Source: Amoeboaphelidium protococcarum X5 (lineage: Eukaryota; Fungi; Aphelidiomycota). From it: 64,000 nt of DNA. Under the pieces are notes generated by a model. The model made no database searches. It was given only the letters and a program-made list of their open reading frames with translations, and was not told the DNA's origin. Of this stretch, positions 27,217-40,231 are shown piece after piece. The number at the start of each line of letters is the position of its first letter. Position 1 is the stretch's first letter. The translations under genes and the position numbers were made by a program. The stretch is taken from positions 902,534 to 966,533 of the forward strand of contig JALDTO010000208.1 of the NCBI GenBank assembly GCA_023515725.1. The letters run 5' to 3'.

Positions 27217-27403
27217 CGCGTCGGTATCACTGTATAATCATATTGATTGCCGTTTATGATGTGACAACGATGTTACAGGTGTATGTTGCGCGGTGAATAT
27301 TCTCTATTGACGTATAAATTGCCATTTTATAACACATCTTTCATTTCTCTCACGCAATCTTTATAGTTATTACAAACATCTACGAATAAGAACTGCAACT
27401 ATC

Positions 27404-27709
27404 ATGAAGGCCACGGAGGTTGAACGCGAAGAGTATAAAAACAAGGAGTACGATTACGTGTCTCCAGAAGTCGATATCAAGAAGAATCAAGTGATAGAGT
27501 ATATCGCTGTGGGAGGAGCTCAAAGCCCACATAGTGTTGGCAAAGTGTTGGACATTATTACTCATGAGAACTAAGCAACTGTGGATTTCGGTGATGAGGA
27601 GAGAAAGGTTCATGTGGATCCAGATCACCCTAAATATTTGGTGGTTAACGAACACACTGACAAGAGATCTGCTGTCAAGAGATCGCATATCGTACGCGTC
27701 ATCAAGTGA
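27404..27709 (+). CDS. Small Hva1/DUF2945-like Tudor-fold protein, 101 aa
   Basis: IEYIAVGG...SVGKVLDIITHE...VHVDPDHPKYLVVNEHTDKRSAVKRSHI pattern. Missing from the ORF track because of one TAA. Confidence 0.65.
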
Positions 27710-27941
27710 GCAGTCTGATTAACAAAGGAATAACTATTGAAATTGGCAATCTAATTGTGTAATAGTGATAGTAATTGAAACAATAAACCTTTATCTTTGC
27801 ATTTAATTTTAATATTCTTGCTTCAGTATTATCAGCAGCGACTTACAGGGGCTGCCACTTTCTGCTGGAGTTGAAAGTCGTCAGTGAAACATTGAACGCG
27901 GGCGGAGCGTCTTCACTCAAACTGGTTTTTGGACTTCATCT

Positions 27942-29094
27942 ATGAGCAGCAATGACTCAGGAATTTTGATTGTACTTGGCGGCTGCCGGTATAATAGCGT
28001 TCAGTGGATTTACTCTACAAACTCGCTGTGGCTGAGTATAACTATCTTTATGAGGTCACGGATAACTGTTAGATGTGTGCTTCTGGCAGTTATAAATTCT
28101 GATGGAAGATTCGGAATGTTGCTTGATGTTGCCGAGAGTCCCTCTCTTCAGTAGTTAGATTGGACCCGCCGTGCTTTGGTCTATTCTGCAAGTTTAAGAG
28201 AAACTCTACTGATTAGTGCATCCCTCCTTGTGGCCTTTTGATGCAAAAGGTCTATTTACTAGCGGCTGTTCTAAAGAATGGTTATAACAGAGTTGTTTTG
28301 AATATCTTTGAAACCACTGGCTTGCATCAGACCGAATGGAATCTTCCCGCCAATGAGTACTAACGCTTCTATGCAGTTGTAGTGCTGCACGGAAGTCGTG
28401 GTCAGAAAGGAGTATACTTTAATGAGTTCTAATATTGTGTGACATGGTGGACACTGAGAAATCTTATTTAAAGGAACAGGTTGAGAGTCTGGAATAGCAA
28501 GTGAAAAATTTGCAAGGGTAGGCTATGGCTTTGCAAAGCCAGCTGGAAAGTAGCAAGGCGTATATTGCCCATCTGGAGCATAAGGTGGCCTTTCTGGAAG
28601 AAGAAAAGCGCGAACAGAGTCCTGCTACATGCTTCCTAGTGTTTCTTGTAGAGAAAGTAAGTTGTACTATGCATCCAACTACTTCTCAATGAATGACTTA
28701 CCGTACAACTCTCGTTTTGCGGGAGAGTTTCGTGTAAGCATTTATTAGTTGAAGTGGTGTTTTGTCAAGATTGCTGCTCGAATTAGGGCGGAAGTGCGAT
28801 TGCAAGCCACATTGCCCGATTGGAAGAAGGCTGGCTAGTGATGCGGCTGTTTAGGGATGGATGGACGGATGCTTATGGCGGAGTCTGACTGGGAGGTTTG
28901 TTGATGGAGAAACTTTTACTGCGTCAAGATGCTATATAACAATCCACGAAGATTTAAATGCAAGTGGTGTTTCAATAAGTAGTGTCACGCTGATTATGAG
29001 TAGCGCCCATCTTTGCCTCAATCACATTATGCAGCTGAACGTGAGTAGATCTAATTGTGGTTTAATGACGAATTTGTCACTGAACTGGCTTTGA
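27942..29094 (+). pseudogene. Probable decayed coding sequence including a coiled-coil fragment
   Basis: Protein-like segments switch frames and are broken by TGA, e.g. MVDTEKSYLKEQVESLEQQVKNLQ...AYIAHLEHKVAFLEEE starting near 28444. Confidence 0.3.
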
Positions 29095-29596
29095 CGCGTT
29101 CTAAAGACAAGCGGGAGAATCTCTGTCAGACGTTTAACAAAGCGAGCCTGATCAAGGATCTCATAGGCTAATGCAAGAAGTTTTAGAATTGCATGTATAG
29201 AAACATTTACAATGGTGAAATGACAAAAAAGTTTCATAGAATCTTGATGTCTACTGAATATCGTTGTGCTTAAACCAGGTTACCAAATCCTTTTTCTTGA
29301 GTTAATCAAGCATTGAAGCGTAAAGTATCGAGTATAACTCATTCGTCACTTTTGTTAAATCAGGTGTTATTGTCACACGTAAACTGAATTAATTGCCAAT
29401 AAATCCGTGCGAGATAAGATAAAGTAGTTTGCCAATAAAACATAAGTGTCTCACTCGCAGTCACGCAGCAGATTGACGAATTTACGAAAGATTCCTCTCG
29501 CTTTTTCTCTGTAAGACTTTATTCATTGTCGGTTGCGTTATAGTAACAGTTTTAATCAAAGTTTATCTGCATTAACTCTAAACTTTAAAATTAATC

Positions 29597-30580
29597 ATGT
29601 CTATAATTTATTAAATTGCTTAGTATTTGTGGAACATATACTAATCTCTTCCTTTGGGACCGTTGAAGCCATTTTTGGATACTCTTCTGCTTTTGAAATT
29701 CCACGCAAGGCCCGCGCTCTAATTGGATAATCCTTCACTCTTTACCGGTGGATATAATGAAGCAATACAGAAATGTAAGAGTGATCTCAAGTTTCTATTC
29801 ATTCTATTCCATAATGATAGTGTGGACTCTTCGCAAAAATGCTTAAAACTGTTCTCAAAGTTGCCTGATTAATTTAATTCTGATGAAGTAATGATGATGG
29901 TGGTGGATGCTGGCTCTAGTCAAGGATGGATGATTGCCGAGTAGTTACAAATTGAAGCATATCCGTGTATTACCTGTGTAGCGTATACTGAAAACAAAGT
30001 TCAAGTTTTGCGTAAAATAGACTGCTCGCACTATGATAATGATGAAGATGACGTGAATGCCGGATGGATGTAACGGGAAGTGCAAGTTTCAATAGACGAA
30101 TTTTCGCCATTCATGGTCGTTGCGAGACAACAGTTGCAGTCGCGTCAAGTGGAACGGCAGTTGAGGGAAGAGCAAGAGCAGGCGTATGAACGATCATTGC
30201 GGATAGATCGCGAGAAGGAACGCGTCCGGCGTGAGAGTGAGCGCATGGAACAAGAGAAGGAGAAGGAGAAGTCTGAAACGTTGCGCCGGCGGCGTCTGAT
30301 CAGTGAATCGGTCTCGGATGAGCCATCTGCGGACAATCCCGATGCCATTAGAATCCTGTTGAGGCTTCCCAGTGGTGCCAAACAGTCGCGTAGATTCAAC
30401 AGAAATTCATTGATAAAAGAAATTCACAATTATGCGATATCTCTACACTTGGACAATGTACAAGAGCTGCAAGTGGTATCTCCATTTCCTAGACGTGTCT
30501 TTGACATTAACGCGACCATCAAAGATCACATCAAGGACAATGAAGTCGTAGTGATCGAGGAAGTTTACAAAGAAGATTGA
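29597..30580 (+). CDS. UAS-UBX domain Cdc48/p97 adaptor (FAF2/UBXD8-like), 327 aa
   Basis: FTGGYNEAIQKCKSDLKFLFILFH (UAS); RQLREEQEQAYERSLRIDREK; RILLRLPSGAKQSRRF...SPFPRR (UBX). Confidence 0.87.
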
Positions 30581-30652
30581 ATGTATATACGTTGACTCTA
30601 ATACAGTATATTTTACATTTTCTATTCTCATTTTAGCCTCTTGTATTTATCA

Positions 30653-30898
30653 TCATTGCTATTTCAATTACGTGAATTTTAAAATTATATCAGTCTTGCA
30701 TAGATTCTCTTTTCCATTATAAACAAGTGAAGTGTTGATCTGCTACAGATATTACCCAATCATGATACCATCTTTATGGACCAAGATTGGCCGATCACTG
30801 TCCACGCCAAGAATTCTTGCATCATTCAAGCTGACATTACTCTATTCAGGCAGCTATACAATTACATGCTTATCATTCATTTACGATAATTTACTCAT
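30653..30898 (-). CDS. TFIIIC subunit 6 (GTF3C6/Tfc7 triple-barrel)-like small protein, 81 aa
   Basis: ARILGVDSDRPILV...MIGQYLQQINTSLVY...LCKTDIILKF; open only with TAR=Gln. Confidence 0.6.
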
Positions 30899-31089
30899 TA
30901 TAGATATCTGTACAAGATTATTTACAAACTCTCCGCTATGAATAAAAAAAGAATTAGTGGCCCCTAATTTCCGGTGACGATTGTTATGAGACGCGTTACT
31001 ATAGCGCTTGAATCAAAACCAAATTCATAACTGACAAATGTCAATGTAGAAGAATGCATATTAAGTTTAGCACTGTATGCAAATATAAC

Positions 31090-34000
31090 TCATTTCCTTT
31101 TACCACGCGACTTGCCCTTCTTTTCATCATCTACACCTGCGATTCTTACCTTGCCGAGAACTGTCTGCGTCAACTCCGTGTCCGGCATAGCTTTGATGGC
31201 GTCTTTCTCCTTCTCGGTGAGTCCGAACGCTTTACTATTCAGAAACTAGTGCAATATAGACTAGGCCGCCTTGCCTTTCTTCAAATTTCCCGGAAGTAGC
31301 TTCACTTTGTATTTATACGCTTGGAGAGTGATGTAAGGAGCGCAAACCGGAATAGCATTGAGGATGATATCATCTTCATGAGGCTGCCCAGTCAGACAAT
31401 CTAGCAAAGATAGATTTTCCATCTGCTCAGTCTCCAAAGTTTAAATATTCTCTTCAGCATTTAGCCGCTCAATCTCTTTTTACTCATCTTCCAAGTCATC
31501 AGCGTCCTGAACATTGAGCATCGTTGGTGTATCCTTATTCACTTCCTCTGGCTCTTGATCCTTCTCCTTCTCAATTCTTTCAGACTGTGCACGAAAATCT
31601 TAATCATCTGAATCATCACTATCTGTAGAATCTTTAGTACCAGCCGATGCGAGCAGCTTCATCTTCTCCTTCCGTTCATCCTCATCTTGATCACCATACT
31701 TTTCTTTAATCTTTTTCAATTTACTCTTCTTGCCTCTTGGTAACTTATTACTAGATTTGGCGCTATTGTTTTTGCCTGGGGAGCCTTAATTTTATTACTG
31801 ATTCGAAGAACTTTCGGCTTATTTAGACTCAACTCTTTAAGAATCACCACTTCTCTTACTTTTAGTTTTATGCTTACTAGATTGCTGCTTCTGCGTTTAA
31901 GACTTTTCTTGCTCCTTCTTCAGCAAATCTTCGATGAAAGGATTCAAAGTAGCTGGCTGTTGATCGACATCATCCAAATTGTACTTCTCCATCTACTGCT
32001 CCATATAACTAGCGGCAACACTTGATCTATCATCCTTGGACACTGAGTTATCATTATTAAACGAGGCATTGTCATTGCTATCAACGCCCACAGATGCAAA
32101 TTCCTCCTCGACGTTGCCACGTAATTACGGTCGTCTCTCTTCAAAATGCCTTGGTATACTTTCATCTGCCACTTTAAAAAGCAGGCCAAGACCGTAGACA
32201 AGCTGGTTAGGCGGCATATAATTCTTCTTACCTCTAATCATAAAACTACCAGTAACGAGATACTCACCAGATGGAGCAGTCTTTGACACCTAATCATGAC
32301 GCACCCAGTACGCAGATGTAACAACTTTGGCATCCCAAGCTTTAGAATACACGATGGTCATCTAGCTAGCCTGCATGAGAGTAGCCAGAGGAATCTCCTG
32401 ATCAGGTTGAGAGTTCTTCACAATGACAGAACTACTACCAGGAATATCAGCATGGAAATATACATCGCCTGGTTTGAGATGCTTCTTCACTAACATTTCA
32501 TTCTACTACGCGTCCTTACCACCAAGAACAAGGTAATTCTCAGTCGTTATAAACCAATTAAATTTCTCAAACCAAAACGGCTTTCTCATACGAGTTATAG
32601 ACGCGGCTACTTGTACCTTCTTCTACAACTCCTTCTGCACCTTCTTCTCTGTCAATTTGACAACTTTCTCTGCCGCAATCACCGTCCTTTCCTCCTTAAC
32701 TGCATTCAGCTTCTTGCTCTCAAAATATCTTCTAGCATTTGCATAAGCGGATAATGATATATCAACATCAATTTTTACAATGTCTTTATCTCTGGCTGAT
32801 TACTCTTAATCTTCTTCATCGTCGCTATCCTCAAATCCATATTCTTAATCAAAATCAGGCTCTCTCAACAGCAATGTAATCTAATTCTATTCCAATTTAA
32901 GACCATCAATCATCAAAGCCACAGGATTCTATTTCAGTTACTCTTCCTTGACTAAATCTTTCAGCGACGTCCAATCCATGCCTGAAGCAATAGCACTTCT
33001 AATCACTAGAATGGCGCGATCCACATCATCTAAATTCATTTCAATCAGCTAAGCCATTCGCTCACTGTCTGCCTGTGCCTACTACAATCCTTTAATTCTC
33101 TACAGTTACTCCTACTTGGCAGACGCAATCTTTTTTAATGCTTAATCTTCTTATGCTCTAGACTTGAGCTCAATCTTTTAAGATTCTATAGAACTGAAGA
33201 ATTGATCTGCAGCCAAATTAAAAGATTCCAACTCTCTGATAAAGTATCCTTTCTCTTCAAACTATCTAAACTTGTATGGATGAAATTCTTCAAATGCCAG
33301 TAAATAATTAGAATCATTAGGATCCGGAATGAGGTTCGTAGCTTATGGTGCAGAGCCATTCTAAGAGGACGCAATCTCAATTCTGTTCATCATAATGTAC
33401 CCGCGAGGCTGTGTACCAACCTGCTAAAATACGGACTCGGCTTATAAGAGGCTTTCATAAATCTAGCTGAGCAACTGCTTATTAACAACCTATCCACTCT
33501 AAACAACTGTTGATACTTTAGAATTTGGCTGGATGTCAGCGAGTACAAGACAATGCTCTACAACAACTGAAGAGAACTCCAACTTATTACCAAGTGCTTT
33601 TTTCAACTAATCTTTATGACTGCTATCCAATAAAGCATCTACCACTCTATCCATACTAAGCGGCTTCATACTAGTCACTCTACTGATATCGTACAGTTCA
33701 CCGACAGCATAACGGACACCCTCATCATTATCTGGAGTAACTGGGCGCAGAATAGCCAGAGTCATGTAGTCACCATCAGTCAGTATGACATTACCGGCAG
33801 CATAAAACTCACAGATCAAATGATAAGTAGCCTCACCAAAACCAAACTCGAAATCAACGATACGATCAATGCCCAACTGTCGCACAGCACTCAGACGTTT
33901 AGTACGCAAATGCTTCCTCAGCTTCATGCAGAGTGATGACGGTACAGTACTCTTATCTCTGACAAAATCTGTCAAATGTATACGAGAACCACTCTCCACC

Positions 34001-34149
34001 AGCACAGATTCCTTAACGTCAGGCTTGGCGAACTTCAACAAAAATGTCCTTGAATTAACATCATACATGTTTTGCAACCTGAGCCCAACCAGCTTCTACA
34101 ACTCCACCGTAGCAGCCCTGATATCTAACGCACTAAATTTCTACTTCAT
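31090..34149 (-). CDS. NEMF: Ribosome quality control protein NEMF/Rqc2, 1019 aa
   Basis: [75 protein letters not shown]. Confidence 0.96.
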
Positions 34150-34624
34150 TACCGTGATCAAAAATACTTTTCAGACTAGAAAATTGCGCACTGATGTTGT
34201 AATTCGTTCTGAATAAGTGACGCGTCCCAAATGTAAAGAGGAAGAGAAGAAGAAGAATTAGAGAGCGGATAGGAAAAGAATCCACACTGGACAATGCTTA
34301 AACTATCGTTCATTGTGTGTGCTATCATTCAGAAGAATTGCACTCTAAGAATATTATGAAAATGTGACTGTATATTTATTTAAGAACTCCTCATTTTAAT
34401 CCGAATAATAATTAACCAGTCTATAAGGGAACTACCGTACCTTGCCAATGTAAATTCGCTACGTTGACGACAGCTGTTTCACAGTGATTTGATGATCAAA
34501 CAATGGCCCGTTTAGTATCCTTCATCACAAACTATCATCAGTTTTTATTGTAATTGCATAAATTCTTTGCTATATACCTCTCTCATTGATAAATCATTGA
34601 TATCATTCTTAGTATACATTTGTG

Positions 34625-36463
34625 ATGGGGTAGTATAAATCTTCGTTTATGGGTAAGATTTAGATACATTATAACTCTATAAATCTAATACCATTATTTC
34701 TTATAATCAATCTTGTAGTCATCTTGCTGGTTGTGGCTCTCTTCTTGATGATACAGCTGGCACTGGTTCAGATGAGCTCATCACCAGTGCAATAGTCCAG
34801 ATCTGATCAGGCATCTCAAAATGGAAAGTTTAGCTCAGACAAGACAAAGAGTCCATCCGTATCACTAAAATATCGTGATGTTGATCTAAAATCTGTCCCT
34901 GATCTGAAACTGTCGGCTGAAGAAATTAAGAAAATTGATAATCTGCTGACTGACATGAGATTCTAGCTGAAACGCGATCAGATTTATCAGAAGGTATTAA
35001 AGCTAAGAAAGCAGAAATTGCAACAAATATACTCTTGTCCAGCGGGGAGCAAGTCGGTACTGAAAACTAAAAGATCAGCAAAGAATCCCATTACTATTTA
35101 CTCGAACGGTCCCAACATTTGGGGTCATATGCATTTTGATGATGATCAGAGTCAGAGGCTGTGGACGAATCAATGCAATGTTCCGTGTCGCTTCCACAAT
35201 GTTGCAGAGAAGAAGAAAGATGCTGATATCATTTGGAGTCATTGGTACTTTTCTGGGGATGGAAGAGATTACGTCAAGCCTTTGCCGCACCAAGTTATGG
35301 CCGCGCTGTACACTGAGCCGCATGTTGGAGTCAATTACGCGGAAGATCATATGAGGGAGCTGTTCTTAGATCAAAAATTTGGAGAGCGTATTCTGGGCCA
35401 GGCTGAACTGATGTTGAGTTATTCGGTGGAGGATGATGATAAAAACGATATTCCCGTCTCTTATGCTTATGGCAGTGCTCTTAGCGATATCGAGTACGTG
35501 AATGAGCGAGAGTATGAAGACAAAGTGATCAGGGAACTCACCGACAGATTCAAGCTGACACATTACCCAATCTTTGATAAAGCCTAATACTTTGCCGCTC
35601 TTCCTCGGGAGGATGTAGAGACTCCTTTGGACTGGCGTGGTGGAGATGTGGCCCTATTCATTTCTAATTGTGGTGAAATCTGGAGAACAAAGTATTTGGA
35701 AGTTTTGATTCCCATGCTTGCTAGGCCTCCACCTCACGGTTTTGGTCTGAGGGTGGACAGTTTTGGAGGATGTGAGCCAGGCTTAGGCAGATTTTAGGAG
35801 AATGATGGAAATGGATGGCCAGTTGGTGAAATTACGTATCATGGATTCAAGTGGTAGTGGAATTTTACTTTAACAGGTGATGCACCTTAACGCTTCCCCC
35901 AATATTATCCACGCAAGCGAAAAACTGGAGAGTCTCGTGGTGGAGTAATAAAGCGGGAGATGATTGATCATTATAAAGTATTTCTCACGTTTGAAAACTC
36001 CTTGCTGCACGGCTACCTGAGTGAAAAATATTACGAAGGCGTCGGTAGTGAGTCTGTTGCTATCCATTTCGGTCCCACGCCAGATGCTGATGAGTTCCTA
36101 ATGGATGAAGCTGGGAATATAAAGAGCGGCATGGTGAAGTCCAAACTGAGAACTCCTTAGTATTATCCACATGATCGACCTAATGTCATTAATGGCTGGG
36201 ATTATCCTGAGCCGCGTAAAATGGCAAAGTTGATCTATAAACTTTCAACTGATCAAAAGTACTGGGAGTCTTATTTTGACTGGAGGCTTATACCGTCTGC
36301 AAGAGGACAGCGTAAGGATTTGGATGATAAGTTTCTCATAAAGTTCAATTAGCCATTCATCAATCTACACAAGAATGACTTTGTAAGACATGGAAATGCC
36401 AGTTGGATTTGCAAAATATGTTCATGGTATCATGAGCGTTATGATCATGAATGCAAGAAATGA
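34625..36463 (+). CDS. GT10 alpha-1,3/1,4-fucosyltransferase-like type II membrane protein; probable in-frame intron 34653-34718
   Basis: N-terminal TM helix, FISNC, VDSFGGC, and YKVFLTFENSLLHGYLSEKYYE (alpha-1,3-FucT motif), YWESYFDWR. Confidence 0.85.
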
Positions 36464-36552
36464 TAGTGATGATTATAGATGGAATTTAAGAGTGAAGAAT
36501 TATTTTATAAATTTGCTGTAAGCTATATAATTGACTTTTGATCTCTATTTAA

Positions 36553-39144
36553 TCACATAAATGAAGTTTACGTCTTGCCCATCTTCTAACTATTAGGAGC
36601 CTGCATCATAGAAGTTGTTCGCTTTAAAGGAACCGTGCCACTCACAGCTGTCATTGTTTATGTCACTGGATTACCAAAATCTTTAGGATCTTTAAATCCA
36701 AGCCAGAAAGGCTTCAGCTTCTACTTGATTTCATAAAAGCTAGGTCGTTCTCTTGGGTCTTGGCGCCAACAAATATCAATCAGCTTCGTGATTAGAGTGT
36801 AATGACGGTTTCCTTCATATGGCTTACCATCAACTTTATACTAGGGGCTTATTGCAGGGCGCTCACCACCTCTGACCTTAGCTTCCACTTCTTTGTTCGA
36901 TAACTTGTGGAATGGAACCTTTCTCTCAAGCAGCTCCCACACCATTACGGCAAATGCATACACATCAACTGGTTTTCCTTCATCATTCACGCCGCCCGTC
37001 TTATGATACATACGATTGAACGCCTCCGGTGCAGCATAACGATACGAGATACCAACAGCGGAAGTCTCCTTCATGCCTTTGACTGCGGCAGACTCATTCG
37101 GACTCTTTTTTATCACTTTGGCGAGACCAAAATCACACACCACGGGATTCACAGGACAGAACGGTCTTCCTTGAGCATCTTAGCCCCAACCGACACCGCC
37201 GGCCAGAGCATTCTAACCAAAAGAGCCACTAATCTTGTTGGCCATGGCTGCTAGAGAAGGATCAGTTTACCATACAGGCTTCTCGCCGGTAAGAGCGCTA
37301 GCCTTAAATTCCAATAACACGTTGGCACTCTTGAGATCACGATGCAATATTCCCACATGATGCATCTCATTCATACCGGCTGCAATTCCCCACGATATGT
37401 GAAGAGCAATCTCCGGTAACATTTCGAATCCTTTTACAATTAAGCCCTTCTTCAGCTTAGAATCAGTCTTAACGAAAGACTTCAGAGCTTCAAACTCTGA
37501 TGCATTTGCGGCATACTCCGGCAGCGACATGACCAAGGAGAACAAGTTACGATCGTACTGCTTCATCACAATGGATAACGGTTCATCAGTGAACCCGATC
37601 AATGTAATGATATTCGGATGATGGGACAAAGACTACATGATGGCAATCTCCTGATACACCAACGTCTTTAACTCAGAAAAGGCCATATGCGGCAAAGGCT
37701 TCAATACTTTTACCACGACAGCCTCCACGCCAAACTTTTGACAAAAGTCCTGATTCAATAGTTGTGCCTTGTAAATCACACCACCACCACCTTCAGAAAA
37801 TTTGCCTTTCAGACGCAGATCATCACTGAAATTCAACTACAGAAAGCCGGGCAATGCAAATGCAGTAGCTTCCGCACTAACATACGATGAAGGATCTGCG
37901 GGATTCTACAACTACTATGGCCCAATGTCTGTCCTTTCATCCTCCGCTTCATCGCCAAATATACCATGCTATTAAGTGTGATTCTATCCCTCAGCAAACA
38001 TATAAGGAGCATTTGGGTCCATCTGATACCCGACTCCTGCTCCATTAAAGTTTACATTAAAGGCAAATCCAGTCTGAGTATTCATGTTAGAGCCATTCAT
38101 CTGCTGAGCAAGTGGATTGACAGCGGAGCCTTGCATAACGCTAATTGGACGTGAGCCTATCGGCATGGATGCGGAGTTGAACCCAAACTATTGCTATTGT
38201 TACTATTACTACTGCTAACCATTGAAAAGTCCATTGTTGCCACCCATTGTACCATAATTTCCAACCTATGTAACAGGCTAACTTTGAAATCCACCAGCAG
38301 TATTACCGTTCAAAGGTAATGTAGCAGATGTCTAACTTTGGCCAAAATTGTTCAAAGGCTACGTGTTTCCTCCAGCATTAGAATAAGCTGACATTGGCAT
38401 AGTCGCACTTTACATGACAATCTACTATTAGTCAGATGGACCACCCGTGGTGGTAGTTGGTTATTGTTGCTACTGCTTAGACTTCATCTGATTCTTGTAC
38501 TTATTGACCTCCTTCTGGATCTGAGCACGATTTCTCCATTGCATAACGGCATAGATGAAAATGAATCCGAGGCAAGTGGACACTATAGTCACTGGGATAG
38601 AGTTTGATAGATTACCAAAATTCGTCAAAAAGAACCGTCCAGTGTTGATAGCATTCTACATGTTGACATCCAAAGGGACATTCTATTGTGCCGTGGCCAC
38701 ACCTTGCTCACCTATTAACCCATTACGATTGGTGGTAGTGGCCGAGGTATGCGTGACGGTAGATTATAATCCGAACAGGACATGTGACGATGCAGTAGTT
38801 GACACGGTCGTGACGGAAGGAGCAGATGAGCTCTACTATGTAGGCTACATGGACGTGGATGAGCTTACCATAGTGGTAGATGAGGTATATGTCGAGCTTT
38901 AACTCTCCACCGTCGTCGAAGATGTTAAACCAATCACACTTGATGGGCTAGACTAACTAACGGGCGACGACGACATTGTAAAATTTAACAATGTAGTACT
39001 TGATGCCTGATTCGATAAGGTGGATGATGTAACATTTACCAGTGCAGAAGCAGTAGCATTTAAAGGCAAAGTTGTGCTGTTTTAGCTTGCAACACTGGTA
39101 GCAGCATAAGATATCAGCAGATAGCATAACTTCCACCAGCGCAT
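36553..39144 (-). CDS. Single-pass receptor-like TKL protein kinase, 863 aa
   Basis: Signal peptide MRWWKLCYLLISYAA; Ser/Thr-rich ectodomain; TM IVSTCLGFIFIYAVM; Gln-rich juxtamembrane region; GGGGVIY, VVVK, HRDLKSANVL, DFG, YAAPE, DVYAF. Confidence 0.92.
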
Positions 39145-39869
39145 CGTTAAATCAATATTAGATGCGTGCATTATTGTAACTTGAAATATCGATTAATATA
39201 AGCCAAAGCTTTACAATACTTATCTAATATTAAAATGCTTAAATGATTAAAGTGGGAAAATAACTACCACTCCATACTTAGTGCAATCTATTGCAACGAA
39301 TGCTATTTTTAGCTGAAGCGTTACGATCAGTCCGTCCTGCAACGCGGCTTTATATTGGGCAGTAGGTAATTCAAATGCAAGTGAGTCTTACTAAATAGGA
39401 CCATAAACTGAATAAATAGATAAATGAAACAATTTTGTAAAACTCGAATTAACAATTGCCTGATACAATAATGGATACATCACAATGCAGGTTACTCATT
39501 AAAGGCAGAATCCCAACATGAAAATCTGAACGCGCGTTAAAGTGCTGTAAAAAATGACACTTACGTACTTGTCATACAACAACGTGAGCTCAAAATCTTA
39601 ACTCTATTAAAAGGCATCAATTATCATCATGAATGGTGAGGATTTTCCAAGTAACATTTACCACTTATAAGAAGTGAGAGACTGATATGAAGATTGACGT
39701 CATTCTGAGTCATCACGGTAATTGTTGATTGTTGTTTCAGCCATCGATCAACTGATGTGAGAACTGTGATAACGCCATGAGCATTGTTCACCTTCTCTTT
39801 CTCTTTCTCTTTCGTCATCCTACTAACTATCTTTACAATATAGAAACTAAAAGCAAAGTAGAAATCGAT

Positions 39870-40142
39870 ATGAGCTATATCTTCAACAGCAAGAACCAGA
39901 CCAACTGGAAACACGCCATGATCAACTACTTCCGTACTACTCCGACCGAGATAAAGCTGGTATGGGCGTTCACTGCTGCAACTACATCCTTTGGCGCGTG
40001 GCTGATCATGAACAAGGCTCAAATCTATGGTACTGAACACCTGCCGTCTCATAGACACTCGATGATTAATCGCTTGAATAGCCGTTTCGATGGTCACTCA
40101 AGTTATGAGCCAGAGCACTAGCAACACGGTGCAAGAATGTGA
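39870..40142 (+). CDS. Small single-TM protein, possibly NDUFA4/B12D-like, 90 aa
   Basis: TPTEIKLVWAFTAATTSFGAWLIMNK hydrophobic core; ATG 39870 to TGA 40142. Confidence 0.55.
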
Positions 40143-40231
40143 TATTGTATGTTTAATAAAATGAGATAATGTAAATAAACCAAATAAATGATAGTCTTCT
40201 TATATTAATAATACTTTTAAATCTTGTTTTT

